Positions 1-11,512 are shown, numbered from the stretch's first letter. The stretch: DNA of 64,000 nt from an uncultured Chloroflexia bacterium (GCA_963700285.1 CAVOXA010000001.1:928001-992000); one strand, 5' to 3'. A program made the numbers and translations. The notes: generated from the letters alone by a model not told the origin.

Positions 1-1686
1 AGCCGCGTCGGTGACTGTTGGGTCGTGCCCATTCCTGAGCACCTACGGTGTCCGCTCAGAGAGCGAGTACAAGCGCAGGCAAGCTGCTGAGGGAATACTC
101 ATGTTCCACGCGCAGTTCGGCTATCGCAGCCTGACCAAGAGCCGCCGGGCCTACGCCGAGATCTATGAGCGGCTGGCGCAGGCAGGCTACCGTGTGGACC
201 GCTACGGCATCTGCCTGGACTGGAGCATGGGCTACCCGGCCGGCCAGCGGGCAGATATGCCGCGCGGAACCGGCATGATTCTCCGCGGGCCCGAGGATTT
301 TGCCTCGCTGACCCAGTGGGCGCCGGTGGCCCCTCACTTTGGCGATTTCGTCATAGGCACCCCTGCTTCCGTCGAGAACACGGTGGCCGCGTTGGGCGCG
401 GGTGCAACCAGCATCGGCAACCTGGGCCAGTACTTTACCTTTCGCCTGCCCAGGTGGGATGATGACGTCAGGACGACCGCCGAGACGGTGAAGGCATTGG
501 CCCTGTGCGCTACCCAGCCGGTCGAGATCCTGGTCCATTCCAACCTGGATGACGGCTTTGCTGCCCTGTTTTGCGATCTGGCCTGTGGGATTGGCGCGGT
601 ATTGCTCGAACGCCACATCGTCAACGAACTTGTCGGAGGCAGCGTTTCTCACTGCTACGGCCATACCTTTTCCGAACCGCTGACCCGTCTTGCCTTTCAG
701 ATATCCCTGGCCCGGGTGACGGACATCCCTGGCAGCATGGTCTATGGCAACACGACCATCTATTGTGGCAGTGAAGTGGAAGACTATGCCAACTTGGCCA
801 GCTACCTGTTGGTGGATATCGTTGCCCAGCGCAGGAACCCGACCGGCCATGGATTGAACCCAGTACCGGTGACTGAGGCGCTGCGGATTCCCGAGATCGA
901 CGAGATCGTCGATGCTCACCTCTTTGCCAACCGCTTGGCTCTGCGGGCCGGCGGTTTTAATGACCTGTTTGACTGGGAAGCGGCCGAGGAGATCGCGGAT
1001 CGATTGGTCGAAGGCGGCCAGCGATTTAAGGACCGTGTCCTGAATGGGCTGGCAGGAGCTGGCGTTGATGTCAGGAATCCTTTCGAACTGCTGCTGGCCC
1101 TGCGCCGAGTCGGGGCAAAACGTCTCGAAGAGCTTTATGGGCCCGGCCAGCGCCGGGAAGAGATGCTGCGCCATCGCCTGCCGGTTGTGCGGGCGACGAC
1201 AGTCGCTGCGCTCGAGGCCCAGGGAGACGGGGTGGTGAGCCGTCTGAGCCATTCGGACCGGAACGCTATCCGCGAGGCCGGGTTTACGGCCTGCGTCACC
1301 AGCACCGACGTACACGAGTACGGCAAGATCCTTGTCGAGACCGTGCTGGAACAGCTGGGTGTCAAGGTGATTGACGCTGGAATCAGCGCTGATCCCGATA
1401 GGGTCGCCACCTGCGCGCAGAGGCAGGAGCCGATTTCATCGCCGTCAGTACCTACAACGGCGTAGCCCTGCACTATCTCCAGTCGCTGCGGGAAGAGATG
1501 CCCCGGGTTGAACTGGATGCCCCGGTCTTTGTCGGCGGCAAGCTGAACCAGATCCCAGACGATAGCGCATCGAGTCTGCCGGTTGACGTGTCGGCCGAGC
1601 TCGGTGATCTCGGGGCCATTGTCTGTCTCCGCGTCGAGGACATGTTGGAGGAATTGGTTGTGATAGCACGGGAGCAGGGCCATTGA
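1..1686 (+). CDS. Cobalamin-binding mutase-like enzyme (large N-terminal catalytic domain plus C-terminal B12-binding domain); 5' end probably outside the window; one frameshift at ~1420
   Basis: ORF 11..1465 has DVHEYG (DxHxxG base-off/His-on motif). Shifting frame at ~1420 gives EAGADFIAVSTYNG...EMPRVELDAPVFVGG, which joins ORF 1498..1686 and completes the B12-binding Rossmann motifs. Confidence 0.75.
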
Positions 1687-1735
1687 CCGAGCCATTCGTA
1701 GGACCGGCGCTGCTGACGGAGCTAGCAATGCTTGC

Positions 1736-2493
1736 GTCGGCGTCATTGGCGTGGGCCATTTGGCTAGCTACCTGGTTGAGGGTCTGAGACGCGCCAGTCC
1801 CGAGACGGAGATCATCCTCTCACCCCGCAATCTCGCGACCTCTGCACGATTGGCTGCGCGTTACGGCGCGACCGTGGCCGCCAACAACCAGGCTGTCGCT
1901 GATGCGGCGGACCTGGTCATCGTGGCCACTCGCCCGGCGGATGCTGTGCCGCGTGTCAGGCCATCGCCTTTCGGCCCGGCCAGACGGTCGTCTCGGTAGC
2001 GGCGGGTCTCGCCCTGCAGGTCCTTGTCCCGGCTGTAGCGCCGGCCAGGGTGGCCCGCGCGCTGCCCATCTCCTGCGCTGCTCTTGACGAGAGCCCGACC
2101 CTGCTTTACCCTGACTTGCCACAGGCCCATGCGCTCTTTGCCCTCCTGGGCCACGTGCACGTGCTGTCCGATGAAACCTGTTTCACCGCGGCCAGTGTGC
2201 TCTCGGCCTTCTACGGTTGGGTCTATGCCCTGCTGGATGAGACGGTTGCCTGGACTGTCCAGGCCGGCGTTCCACGGCAGACGGCCCGCAGCCTCGTTCT
2301 GGAAACAGTCCGGGGAGCAGTGAACATGGCGCTGGCCCAGCCAGAGGAAGATCTGGCGGCCATGTTGGATAGCCTGGCCACGCCCGGCGGCATCACGGCG
2401 TACGGTCTCAAAGTTCTGCGCCAAAAGGATGCGCTGGCCGCCTGGACCGAGGCGCTCGATGCGGTGCTTGAGCGTCTGGGCAGCCCGGGGTGA
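1736..2493 (+). CDS. proC: Pyrroline-5-carboxylate reductase-like protein (frameshift ~1950; start codon uncertain)
   Basis: VGVIGVGHLA Rossmann motif, ARALP, and C-terminal LATPGGITAYGL (ProC dimerisation-domain signature), split over ORFs 1751..1999 and 2050..2493. Confidence 0.75.
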
Positions 2494-2635
2494 AGCTCAA
2501 CTTGATGGGGGTGCCGGCGCATGTTATTGCGAGGCGCCGGGGCAGGGTTTTCGCAGGCAAAGGCCTGCCAGCGGCAGCACGAGGCGTCCCGCTGGCCGCT
2601 GGGGCTTGAACCAGGGGTGGACCCGGGATCCCGGG

Positions 2636-4899
2636 CTAATCCGATATCATGAGATTGGTCAGCGCGGCCCATAGGCGTTGCCCCAGGTTTGGCTGCAAGT
2701 CGTCGTGGATGGACAGGTCGTACTCATTATACGACACCGTCTGGCCATCGTGGCTCAGCCTGCAGGTCAGGCGCCAACTGCCTCCAGCAGGTAGCTGCCA
2801 GTCAAGATTATCTACGATCCTGGCAGAATTGGACTCGACATCTATGGTCAGTTCGGTACGACTCGCTGGCTGCCCGTCTCTATCCCACAGGCTTATCCCA
2901 AGGCGGCAATTGGCCAGTACGGCGGCCCTGTCATTGACGATCCACACGCTGGCATGAAACCGGTCACCGGATTGATAGGGCCGCAGCGGGTACTCGACGC
3001 TGACCAGTACGGGCTTGAACAGCCGCCTTACCGTTTCGTAGGCTGGCTTGGGTTGCCGGTGAAAGTCCAGGAGGGACCAGGAGATGGCAGGCCACGGCTC
3101 GTTGAGTTGCCAGATCAGGACACCGCCGCAGCCCTGGGCCTTGCGTCGCCGGTAGTGTTCGATGGCGATCTGCAGGCCTTGGGACTGGGCGCGTTGGCTG
3201 GCCTGAACAAAGCTTTCCAGCGAAGGTTTGCCCTGAGTGAGGTAAGGTTGGGCATAGCGTTTCAGTTTCTGCCAATCCAGCCCCGTGATAGGCCCACGAG
3301 GGCCCTGGCGGCCAGAGGTCCTCGTCGGGTATGAACTGCCGCAGGGCACTCACCTCAGGTGGGGCTTGCAGGCCCAACTCACTGGCAAAGGCAGCTTGGT
3401 CGCGGCAAAAGTGTGAGGGCGGGTACATGTCGTGCCAAACCTGCCAGTTATGGCTGTCGCCATCGCTCGGTGAGGCAAGCAGGAAAGGCCGGGTGGGATC
3501 CGCGTCCTGCAGGACCTGTCTCAGGGCCACCACAAGTTCCTCGTTGCGCTTTGGGCTGAATTCGTTGCCCCCACACCAGATGGCCAGGCAGGCGTGGTTG
3601 CGCAGATCACGGACGACGGCTCGGGCTTCGGACCGGACAAGCTGGAGGTAGCCCGGTGAGCGCGGAAATTGTGTCAAAAAGGCACAGGCAAAAGGGAACT
3701 CTTGCCACACCAGGATGCCAAGCCGATCACAGAGATCGTAGAAAGCACGCTTCTCTCGCAGCCCGCCGCCCCATACGCGCAGCAGGTTCATGTTGGCCCG
3801 GCGGGCGAGTGTCAGTAGGGCGCCATAGTCTGCGCCGGTGACGCGCCCAGGCAGGATATCTGCCGGAACCCAGTTGGCGCCCCGGGCGTAGACATGACGC
3901 CCGTTGATCTTTAGCGTCCAGCCATCCAGTTCTACTTTGCGAAGGCCCACCGTCAGGCTGGATGCATCCATCTGCCGGTCGCCGTCCCACACCTCCACGG
4001 TCAGCCGGTAGAGATGGGGATGGCCGTGATCCCAAGGCCACCATAGCTTAGGCTCTGGTATCACCAGCCTGAGCTTGTGCCGGCTTGAACCTGGCGGCAG
4101 TTCTACGGGCTGTTCAACAACCAAGGGATCTGATTCAAAAGTCTCCCCGGCCAGCGCGAGGCGCAGTCGCGCACGGCCGCCCCAGAGGCTATCAAGCTGT
4201 ATCTCGGCGGTGATACTAGCAGATGATTGAGCCACGTGCTGTTCAATGGCAATGTCCTCGATAAAGACCTCTTGGCTGGCGATCAGGTACACATCGTCCC
4301 AAATACCCATGGTCCGCAGGGGCGGGGCGAAATCCCAGCCAAAACTCATCTGGCACTTTAGCGTGTCGCGCCGGTGGGGGAAGCGGCCCGGCATGTTTCC
4401 CAGTGTGGCCTCTATCCGATTCCAGAGCTTCTCCCAAGGGCTGCTCCGGTCGCACGGCAGCCACCTGGAGCCCAGCAGCCGAACAGCCAGCTGGTTCTGG
4501 CTGCCAAGCAGCGTAGTGACGTCCCGAACTTGGGGCGAGAACATCCCTTCGTGGCGACCCAGATAATGCCCATTGAGAAACAGGTCCGCCGATATAGTCG
4601 ACACCGCGCAGGACGAGGTGCACTCGGCCACCGGCACTGGCAGGATGGGGGAAATCCCGGACCAGCCACCAGCAATGGTTGTCTACCCATTGGGCAGCCT
4701 CAGGACCAGTGGCATAGGCAAGTTCAGGCAGGCGGCCGGCGCGAACTAGGTCTGCCCGGACGTTGCCGGGGACTTGGGCGGGCAGCCACTCGACCACCCC
4801 TTCCATCTCCTGCCACGCGGCGCGCTCAGGCGCGGCATTGGCTGGCGCCTGGCCCAGGCGCCAGTCGTTGCCGTTTAACTCGACGATTCGACGGGGCAT
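2636..4899 (-). CDS. Glycoside hydrolase family 2, beta-mannosidase-like (two frameshifts, ~4590 and ~3270)
   Basis: Motifs LRGVDY, FGWDF, GANWVP, RVWGGG, WQEF, WCGGNE, SELG and WQLNEPWP are spread over ORFs 4243..5025, 2964..4637 and 2636..3349. ATG at 4899 (MPRRIVELNG). Confidence 0.85.
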
Positions 4900-5023
4900 T
4901 CTTGCTCCACAATGGCTGAAACGGTTCAGGGCGTCGCCATCTCGAGGAACGGGCAGGCTTTGGCCGCGCCCATGCCTGGAGAGCTGCCTGGCCTGTTGAT
5001 CTCTACCAGGAATCACACAGCCC

Positions 5024-5059
5024 AAACCAAAACCACCGGACCCAGTCGGATCCGGTGGT
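5024..5059 (-). terminator. Intrinsic terminator of the 6S RNA / aspS transcript
   Basis: 9-bp stem ACCACCGGA (5032-5040) / TCCGGTGGT (5051-5059), followed on the minus strand by a T-rich tail (TTTGGTTT). Confidence 0.8.
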
Positions 5060-5250
5060 CTTGTGGGCTAAACCCCCGCTGTGCCGTGTGTCTTGTTGGT
5101 GTTGAACCTGTTTTAACAGGTGGGTGTCTACCCATCGGTTACTGCCTTGCCCTCGATGGGGCTATCGCATCCCCTCTGGCGCCCGACTCCCTTTGTTCGG
5201 GTGTTGGCTCAACCCTCTCTACAGACATCACGTACACAGCAGGGTACTTT
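5060..5250 (-). ncRNA. ssrS: 6S RNA
   Basis: Minus strand reads CCCTGCTGTGTACGT...TTGAGCCAACA...GGGAGTC...GACACCCACCTG-TTAAAA-CAGGTTCAA...ACGGCACAGCGGGG. The 5' and 3' ends pair and the typical 6S blocks are present. It is ~190 nt, lies directly downstream of aspS (as B. subtilis 6S-1 does), and has its own promoter and terminator. Confidence 0.9.
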
Positions 5251-5258
5251 CTTTGTCC

Positions 5259-5287
5259 ATGATACCATAGATCCCAGAAATGCGCAA
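5259..5287 (-). promoter_or_regulatory. Sigma70-type promoter of the 6S RNA
   Basis: TTGCGC-17 bp-TATCAT with an extended TG, ending about 8 nt before the 6S 5' end. Confidence 0.75.
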
Positions 5288-5393
5288 GTTACCAAAACCT
5301 CACGCAAAAGTCACCGTAAGTACCCATCAGCAAATGCTCTAGCCCTCTTCTCGAGGGGCGGTGCATGCCCCGCGAAAGGTCCAAGGCTATGAG

Positions 5394-7163
5394 TCACTCG
5401 ACCAGGCGGATGTGCAGGTCCTGGAGCTGCGTTGTCCGCTACCGGCGAGGGTGCGCCCACCATCGGATCGGCGGCATTCTGGGTCTTGGGGAAGGCCATC
5501 ACCTCACGGATGTTGGGCTCGCCGGCCAGGAGCATCACCAGGCGGTCGATGCCAGGGGCGATGCCGCCGTGGGGCGGCGTGCCATATTCAAAAGCCTCCA
5601 GCATGTGACCAAACTGCTGCTTGGGCATCCTCCACGTCCAGGCCGATGAGTTCAAAGACTTTCTCCTGGATCTCCCGTTGGTGGATTCGGATGCTGCCAC
5701 CGCCGATCTCATAGTCGTTGCAGACCAGGTCGTACTGCTGCCCGCGAACCGCCCCGGGATCCGTGTCCAGCAGGGGCACGTCTTCGGGCATGGGCGCGGT
5801 AAAGAGGTGGTGGCTGGGATCCCAGCGTTGCTTCCTCGTCGTTCCAGCTCAAAGAGCGGAAAGTCGATGATCCAGACCAGGGCCAGTACGCGGTCGTCGC
5901 GCAAGCCCAGGCGGTCGCCCAGTTCGACCCGGAGGCGGCCGAGCGCCTCGGCGACGATGGCTCGGCTGGTCGGCGACAAACAGCAGCAGGTCTCCAGGCC
6001 GCCCTCCATCCGCTCGACGATGGCTGCCACCGTCTCCTCATCCAGGAACTTGGCAAAGGAGGAACGCACACCGTCTTCTTCGACCGCCAGCCAGGCCAAG
6101 CCCTTGGCCCCGTGTGTCTTGGACAAAGTCGGCCAGCTCGTCAATCTGCTTGCGGCTGTAGCTCGCCAAGCCCCTCGGCGCGGATGCCCTTGACCTGCCC
6201 CCCGCCGGCGACGGCCCGGCTGAACACGCCAAAGCCACTCGTCTGCTACCAGGTCGCCGATCGTCTACCAGCTCCATGCCAAAGCGCAGATCGGGATTGT
6301 CCTTGCCAAATCGCTCAATTGCCTCCCGATAGGTGAGTCGCGGGAAGGGTTTGAAGAGCAGTTTCTTGTCGCTTACCTCCTCAACCAGGCGGGTGTACAT
6401 CTCTTCGATGAGCTGCATGACATCTTCCCGCTCGACAAAACTCATCTCCAGGTCGAGTTGGGTGAACTCGGGTTGCCGGTCGCCGCGCAGGTCTTCGTCG
6501 CGAAAGCAGCGGGCGATCTGGAAATAGCGCTCAAACCCGGCAACCATGAGCAGCTGCTTGAGCTGCTGGGGTGATTGGGGCAGGGCATAGAAGCTGCCGG
6601 GATGGACGCGGCTGGGCACCAGATAGTCGCGGGCCCCCTCGGGAGTGCTCTTGGTCAGGATCGGGGTCTCGATCTCGATAAAGCCCTCTCTCATCCAGAA
6701 AATCGCGTATGAACTTGATGACGCGATGGCGCAGGATGCCATGTTGCGCTGCATGCGCTCGCGGCGCAGGTCCAGGTAGCGGTATTTGAGGCGTAGCGCT
6801 TCGGCCTCGCCCGCTTCGCGGTCGATGTAGAAGGGGGGCGTCTTGGACTGGTTGAGCACGGTCACCGCTCGGGCCGCAACCTCCACGCTGCCCGTGGGCA
6901 TATCAAGGTTCTCCGTGCCCGCCGGGCGTTGCTGGACGGTGCCCTGGATCTGAAGGACCCATTCGGCGCGGGCCTGTTCGGCGACGGCAAAGGCTTCGGG
7001 CGCGCTTCCTGGTCGAAGGTCACCTGGACAATGCCAGAGCGGTCGCGCAGGTTGACAAAGAGCACGCCGCCGTGGCTCCGGTAGCGGTGTACCCATCCGG
7101 CAAGAAGGACAGTCTGGCCGATATGCTCGTGTTCAGCTCGCCGCAGTTGTGGGTCTTGAGCAT
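5394..7163 (-). CDS. aspS: Aspartate--tRNA ligase (several frameshifts, probably sequencing errors)
   Basis: [10 protein letters not shown] start; [67 protein letters not shown] and FPKT motifs across ORFs 6038..7096, 5588..5791 and 5311..6144. Stop inferred after [10 protein letters not shown]. Confidence 0.95.
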
Positions 7164-7288
7164 GGTGTTGCCTCCGGTTCGCCAGATGCACTGGTCTGGA
7201 CAAGTTGTTCTCCTTCATCACGACCGTGGCCTGGCAGCTTGCCTGTGGACCAGTGGCGGCAGCCCGTGACCGGCCAAGATTGGGACGT

Positions 7289-7317
7289 ATGATACAATGG
7301 GCCAGGGAAAAAGTCAA
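7289..7317 (-). promoter_or_regulatory. Sigma70-type promoter of aspS
   Basis: TTGACT-17 bp-TATCAT, about 125 nt upstream of the aspS ATG. Confidence 0.65.
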
Positions 7318-7516
7318 GCCCTTGTGTTCCTGGCCCATCATGCGTCCCCGGTGAAACAATGACCGAAAGTACACTTGTTGGGTTGCCCATGGATCAGACC
7401 CCCGGGATGGAGAATCCTTAGAAAGCGGCGCAAGGAGATCGGGGTTGCCCGGCACTGGAACGGGCATTCAGAACCTTCGAGGGTATGCCTGTTGAATAGG
7501 GTTGATGCCAGCCCCG

Positions 7517-8311
7517 CTAGTACCTGAAATAGTCTACCAGCCTGCCCTGCGTATCGCGCAGGTATGCCGAGTCGCCGTCGTTATTCCACACGGCGTCTTC
7601 GGTCAGGCCCCAGTACAATGTTCCACTGCCATCACGCCCCATGCCACTGTGTAATTTCAGCAGATCGCCGGGTGCCAGGTTTACGGATGGGAAAGTATAG
7701 ATGTGGTTGGCCCCGTCCTTCAGCGAAAAGCCAGCGAGGTCGATGGGCTCCGAGCCCTCATTTTCAAATACGATCCACTCGCCATTGGGATTCTGGTGGT
7801 CCGGGCCCGGGGCGTCGTAAGAGATCTCGCGGATTTTAACAGGGACATCGGCCAATGCCCAAAGCCCCACCTCGTCCTTCCGGGCTCTCTGCTCGGCAGC
7901 CAGGATCTCTTTGCTGTACCGCACGTTGGGTGGCTCTGTGTAGGCATTGGCATAGCCCTGGCCGACCAGTTCCAGGTTGACAAAGTGACCCCCGACCCAC
8001 AAGTAGGCCAGTGTCCGGCCGAAGCGGTCGGTAGGCTGGCTGTCCAGGACCATCCACGCCGACTGGCCCTCGGTCAGACGGCGGTTCGCCGCAGTTGCCT
8101 CTTCGTAGAAGGGCTGGCCGCGTTCTGGTGTGTTGATGCCCAGGTAGCGAACCCGGCGCCCATCGGCCAGTTCCACGGTATCGCCGTCCAGCACATGGGC
8201 GATCTTGACTTGCTGGCCGTCGCTCGGTGTGGGAGATGCGGGCGCACCGTCGCAGCCCAGGCTCAGGGAGACAAGGATGCACAGGGCCGCGATGCCGCGC
8301 AGGCTTCCCAT
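7517..8311 (-). CDS. Lipoprotein with thermonuclease (SNase) domain and C-terminal lamin-tail domain
   Basis: Lipobox-like SLGC; SNase motifs DGDT, VRYLGINTPE, DRFGRTLAY; lamin-tail motifs EWIVFEN and VWNNDGDSAYLRD. Confidence 0.85.
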   Translation of the reverse strand: MGSLRGIAALCILVSLSLGCDGAPASPTPSDGQQVKIAHVLDGDTVELADGRRVRYLGINTPERGQPFYEEATAANRRLTEGQSAWMVLDSQPTDRFGRTLAYLWVGGHFVNLELVGQGYANAYTEPPNVRYSKEILAAEQRARKDEVGLWALADVPVKIREISYDAPGPDHQNPNGEWIVFENEGSEPIDLAGFSLKDGANHIYTFPSVNLAPGDLLKLHSGMGRDGSGTLYWGLTEDAVWNNDGDSAYLRDTQGRLVDYFRY

Positions 8312-8319
8312 CAGAATGA

Positions 8320-9318
8320 CTAAATCTCTATGGGTGCTGCCAGGACAGCCAGCAGCAACTTGGCCGCATTCTCGACGTCATCCATGTCGACCATCTCGGA
8401 TTGGGTGTGGACGTGGCGGCAGGCGATAGACACGCAGGTGGATGGCACGCCGCTACGGGCCAGTTGCATGGCCGCCGCGTCCGTGGTACCTCCGACGAGG
8501 ACTTCTAACTGGTAAGGAATGTCCTGCGCTTCGGCAATCTCAATCAGGCGGTCATTGAGTTCAGGATGGGACAGCATGCCCGAATCCATGATCTTGATGC
8601 AAGGTCCATCGCCCAGTCTCATGGCCAGTTTGGCCGCCTCGGGGGTATCTGCGGCGATGGTGACGTCCAGGGCGATGCCGAGGTCCGGGTCGAGTTCGTA
8701 GGCACTGGTACGGGCTCCCCGCAGGCCCACTTCTTCCTGCACGCTGAAAACAAAAAAGATGTCGTGGGGCGAATCGCCTATCTGCCGCAGTACCTCTACC
8801 AGCACAGCGCAACCAATGCGGTCGTCAAGGGCCTTGGCCACGATCCTTTTGCCCAGATCGGCGAAAGGGCGCACAAAGCCCACCGCCTGGCCCAGGCGTG
8901 CCTGAACCTCCTCGCGGTGGGTGGCGCCCATGTCCAAAAAAAGCTTGGCCAACTCTGGCTTGTCGCTGAATTCGCGCCGGCTCTCGGGGGCAATCACGCC
9001 CTGCGCCCCGTCGGAAAACTGTACGCGACCGCCGACCAAAGTCATGGGATTGATGCCACCGACGGGTTGGAAGCGCAGAAACCCCTTTTCATCCACGTAG
9101 CTGATGATCAGACCGATTTCGTCCATGTGGGCGGCGAGCATAATCTTCTTGCCCTGGCCGTTGCCCTTCTTGAACGCGATCAGGTTACCCAGAGTGTCCA
9201 CGCGCAGTTCGTCGGCATGGGGTTGCACTTCGCCGCGGATGATCTCGCGGATCTGTTCTTCATTGCCGGAAGGTCCGTAGGCCTCGGTCAAGCGCTTAAT
9301 CAGCTCTTTCATGTTCAT
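8320..9318 (-). CDS. M42 family metallo-aminopeptidase (TET/FrvX-like), paralog 3
   Basis: GPSGNE, AHMDEIG, KALDDR, QEEVGLRGA, ALDVT, GGTTDA, RHVHT. Confidence 0.92.
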   Translation of the reverse strand: MNMKELIKRLTEAYGPSGNEEQIREIIRGEVQPHADELRVDTLGNLIAFKKGNGQGKKIMLAAHMDEIGLIISYVDEKGFLRFQPVGGINPMTLVGGRVQFSDGAQGVIAPESRREFSDKPELAKLFLDMGATHREEVQARLGQAVGFVRPFADLGKRIVAKALDDRIGCAVLVEVLRQIGDSPHDIFFVFSVQEEVGLRGARTSAYELDPDLGIALDVTIAADTPEAAKLAMRLGDGPCIKIMDSGMLSHPELNDRLIEIAEAQDIPYQLEVLVGGTTDAAAMQLARSGVPSTCVSIACRHVHTQSEMVDMDDVENAAKLLLAVLAAPIEI

Positions 9319-9330
9319 CTCCTCACAGCA

Positions 9331-10380
9331 TCATCCATCGCTCGCCAATACCCATCTCTCAGGCAAGGCGTGCAGGGTGGCTTTCATCAGGCTCACCAGA
9401 TTGTCATAATCGTTCAAGCTCAGAATGCCCACCGGGGTATGGATGTAGCGGCACGGGACCGCCACGGTCACCGAGGGCACGCCGGATTTGGTCAAGTGAA
9501 TGGCGCCGGCATCGGTGGCACCAACGCCGGGTTGCTTGAACTGGTACGGGATCCCCTTCGCCTCGGCCGTATCGACCAGAAGACGGACCAGCCGCTTGTC
9601 AGCAAAGAAGGACCGATCCATCATGGTAATCGCCGGTCCCTTGCCCAGCTCCGTAGTAGGGCTGGTGTCCCCTTTCTTTGGTGTGTCGTCGCAGACTGTC
9701 CCCTCCAAGGCAAAAGCTACGTCCGGATCGATGCGGTAGGCGGCCACCCGTGCGCCGCGCAGCCCAACTTCCTCCTGGACACTGAAGGCGAGGTAGAGGT
9801 CAACTTCGTAGGCATCGTCGGCAAGGGCCGCGGCCACGGCGCATCCTGCGCGATCATCGAAGGCTTTGCCCTTGACCGCGCGCAGACCGTCCTCGGCGAG
9901 TACCTGGAACCGCGTGTCAAACGCCACATAGTCGCCCAACTTGACCAGCTTTTTCGCCTCGTCCTCGCTGGGCGCGCCGATGTCTATGGTCAGTTGATCG
10001 ATGTCGATCACCTGCTCGAGCTGGCTGGCTTTCGTCAGATGGATGGGCGGTGCCGTGATGACGCCGGGCAGTCGTTTCTCGCCGACGACCACGCCCTTGG
10101 CCAGCAGAAGCCGGGCGCCAATGCCGCCCACTGGTTGAAAGCCCAACAGTCCGTTCTTGTCGATACGCGTGATCATGAGGCCGACTTCGTCGGTGTGGGC
10201 ATCGACCATGACCTTCAGGCGGGGCGTGGCGCCGCTGCCCTTTTTGAAGGCAATCAGGTTGCCCAGGGCATCGGTACTGAGTTCATCGACTTTGTCCTTC
10301 AGGGTGCGGGCCAGTATGCGGCGCACCTCGTCTTCGTTTCCGGAAGGACCAAAGGCATTGGACAGTTCTTCTAGCAGCAA
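9331..10380 (-). CDS. M42 family metallo-aminopeptidase, paralog 2
   Basis: AHTDEVG, KAFDDR, QEEVGLRGA, ALEGT, GATDAG, RYIHT. Confidence 0.92.
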   Translation of the reverse strand: MLLEELSNAFGPSGNEDEVRRILARTLKDKVDELSTDALGNLIAFKKGSGATPRLKVMVDAHTDEVGLMITRIDKNGLLGFQPVGGIGARLLLAKGVVVGEKRLPGVITAPPIHLTKASQLEQVIDIDQLTIDIGAPSEDEAKKLVKLGDYVAFDTRFQVLAEDGLRAVKGKAFDDRAGCAVAAALADDAYEVDLYLAFSVQEEVGLRGARVAAYRIDPDVAFALEGTVCDDTPKKGDTSPTTELGKGPAITMMDRSFFADKRLVRLLVDTAEAKGIPYQFKQPGVGATDAGAIHLTKSGVPSVTVAVPCRYIHTPVGILSLNDYDNLVSLMKATLHALPERWVLASDG

Positions 10381-10389
10381 AGTGGCCTC

Positions 10390-11466
10390 CTACGATTTCT
10401 CGTCATCCAACCCCAGATCCCAGGTGAGACTATCCAGAAATCCCCCGTCCAGGCGAGCAATAAACGCGGCCAGCAGCCTGCCTGTGCGCTCTACATCTTT
10501 GATTGATACCGTCTCAACCGGTGTATGCATGTTGCGCTGGGGGATACCCAGCAGTGCGGTGGGGATGCCCTCTCGAGCGATCTGGATGGCGTAGGCGTCG
10601 GTACCGCCCGGACGGGTGGAAGGTTCGATGTGGTAATTCATCTCCAGGGCCTGGGCCGTTTCAACCAGGGCCTGCTGGAGTTTGGGGTGAAAATTGGGCC
10701 CGCAAGGAATGGTCGGCCCCTTGCCTAGCTCAAAGGTATACTCGTCGGCAGTTCCGGGCTGTTTGGCCCATGTCACGTCGATGGCGATACCCACGTCCGG
10801 CTTAAGCCCGTAAGTGCTGGTGATGGCACCCTGGTAGCCTACCTCTTCCTGTACGGTGGCAACAGCATAGACGTCCCACTCGTGGCGCATCCGGACGAGT
10901 TCCTCCAGGCAGACTGCGGCGGCGGCGACGGATACCCGGTTGTCCAGGGCCTTGCCCGACACGAGCCCGCCCTGCAGTTCGACCAATTGCCGATTCATCG
11001 TGATCAGATCGCCGACGCGCACGAGACTGGGCAACTCCTCCGGCATCCGACCCACGTCAATGAGCAGCTTGTCAGAGGGAACGGGCTTGTCCTGCTCGCT
11101 TCTCGGCAGGACGTGGGGAGGGCGCGCGCCAATGACACCGGGCAGGTCCTGGCGCCCATGTACCACAACTTCCTGGCCCAGGAGTACCCGGTCATCGTAG
11201 CCGCCTACCTGTTGAAAGTGGATGAAGCCTTTCTCGATCTGGGACACGATGAGACCGATTTCGTCCATGTGGGTGGCCAGCATGATGGTCTGTCGTGGCT
11301 GCGGCCCGGTGCCATCTTTCCGGGCGATGACGTTGCCAAGGCGGTCTATCCGCACCATGTCGGAATGGCAGCCAAATACCTCCTTGACAACCTGTCGAAC
11401 CTCATGTTCGTAGCCCGATACACCGCGGGCCTCCGACAGGCGCTTCAACAACGGCACAATGTCCAC
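10390..11466 (-). CDS. M42 family metallo-aminopeptidase, paralog 1
   Basis: GVSGYE, THMDEIG, KALDNR, QEEVG, AIDVT, GGTDA, RNMHT. Confidence 0.92.
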   Translation of the reverse strand: MDIVPLLKRLSEARGVSGYEHEVRQVVKEVFGCHSDMVRIDRLGNVIARKDGTGPQPRQTIMLATHMDEIGLIVSQIEKGFIHFQQVGGYDDRVLLGQEVVVHGRQDLPGVIGARPPHVLPRSEQDKPVPSDKLLIDVGRMPEELPSLVRVGDLITMNRQLVELQGGLVSGKALDNRVSVAAAAVCLEELVRMRHEWDVYAVATVQEEVGYQGAITSTYGLKPDVGIAIDVTWAKQPGTADEYTFELGKGPTIPCGPNFHPKLQQALVETAQALEMNYHIEPSTRPGGTDAYAIQIAREGIPTALLGIPQRNMHTPVETVSIKDVERTGRLLAAFIARLDGGFLDSLTWDLGLDDEKS

Positions 11467-11512
11467 GAGGTCTTCCTCACTCTCTTTGCACGGGATGGTG
11501 TAGAGCGGAGCG

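Noticed and set aside
2622-2635. Perfect palindrome CCCGGGATCCCGGG between convergent genes
   Set aside because: Single, GC-rich, with no loop or U-tract; it may aid termination but is compatible with chance.
5394-7163. aspS, and likewise ftsZ, ftsA, nrdR, nrdJ, proC and GH2, as pseudogenes or programmed frameshifts
   Set aside because: The indels hit essential genes, leave motifs intact and cluster near both window ends, while 8-50 kb is almost clean. This pattern indicates uncorrected long-read errors; read mapping would confirm.
7164-7288. T-box leader of aspS
   Set aside because: The leader is only ~120 nt and lacks the GGTGGnACC T-box sequence and a terminator.
8566-10374. Long antisense ORFs (602 aa here; also 56..1315, 31954..33159, 48061..49380, 46572..47633)
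   Set aside because: These are shadow ORFs opposite well-supported genes, expected in high-GC DNA, and carry no recognisable motifs.
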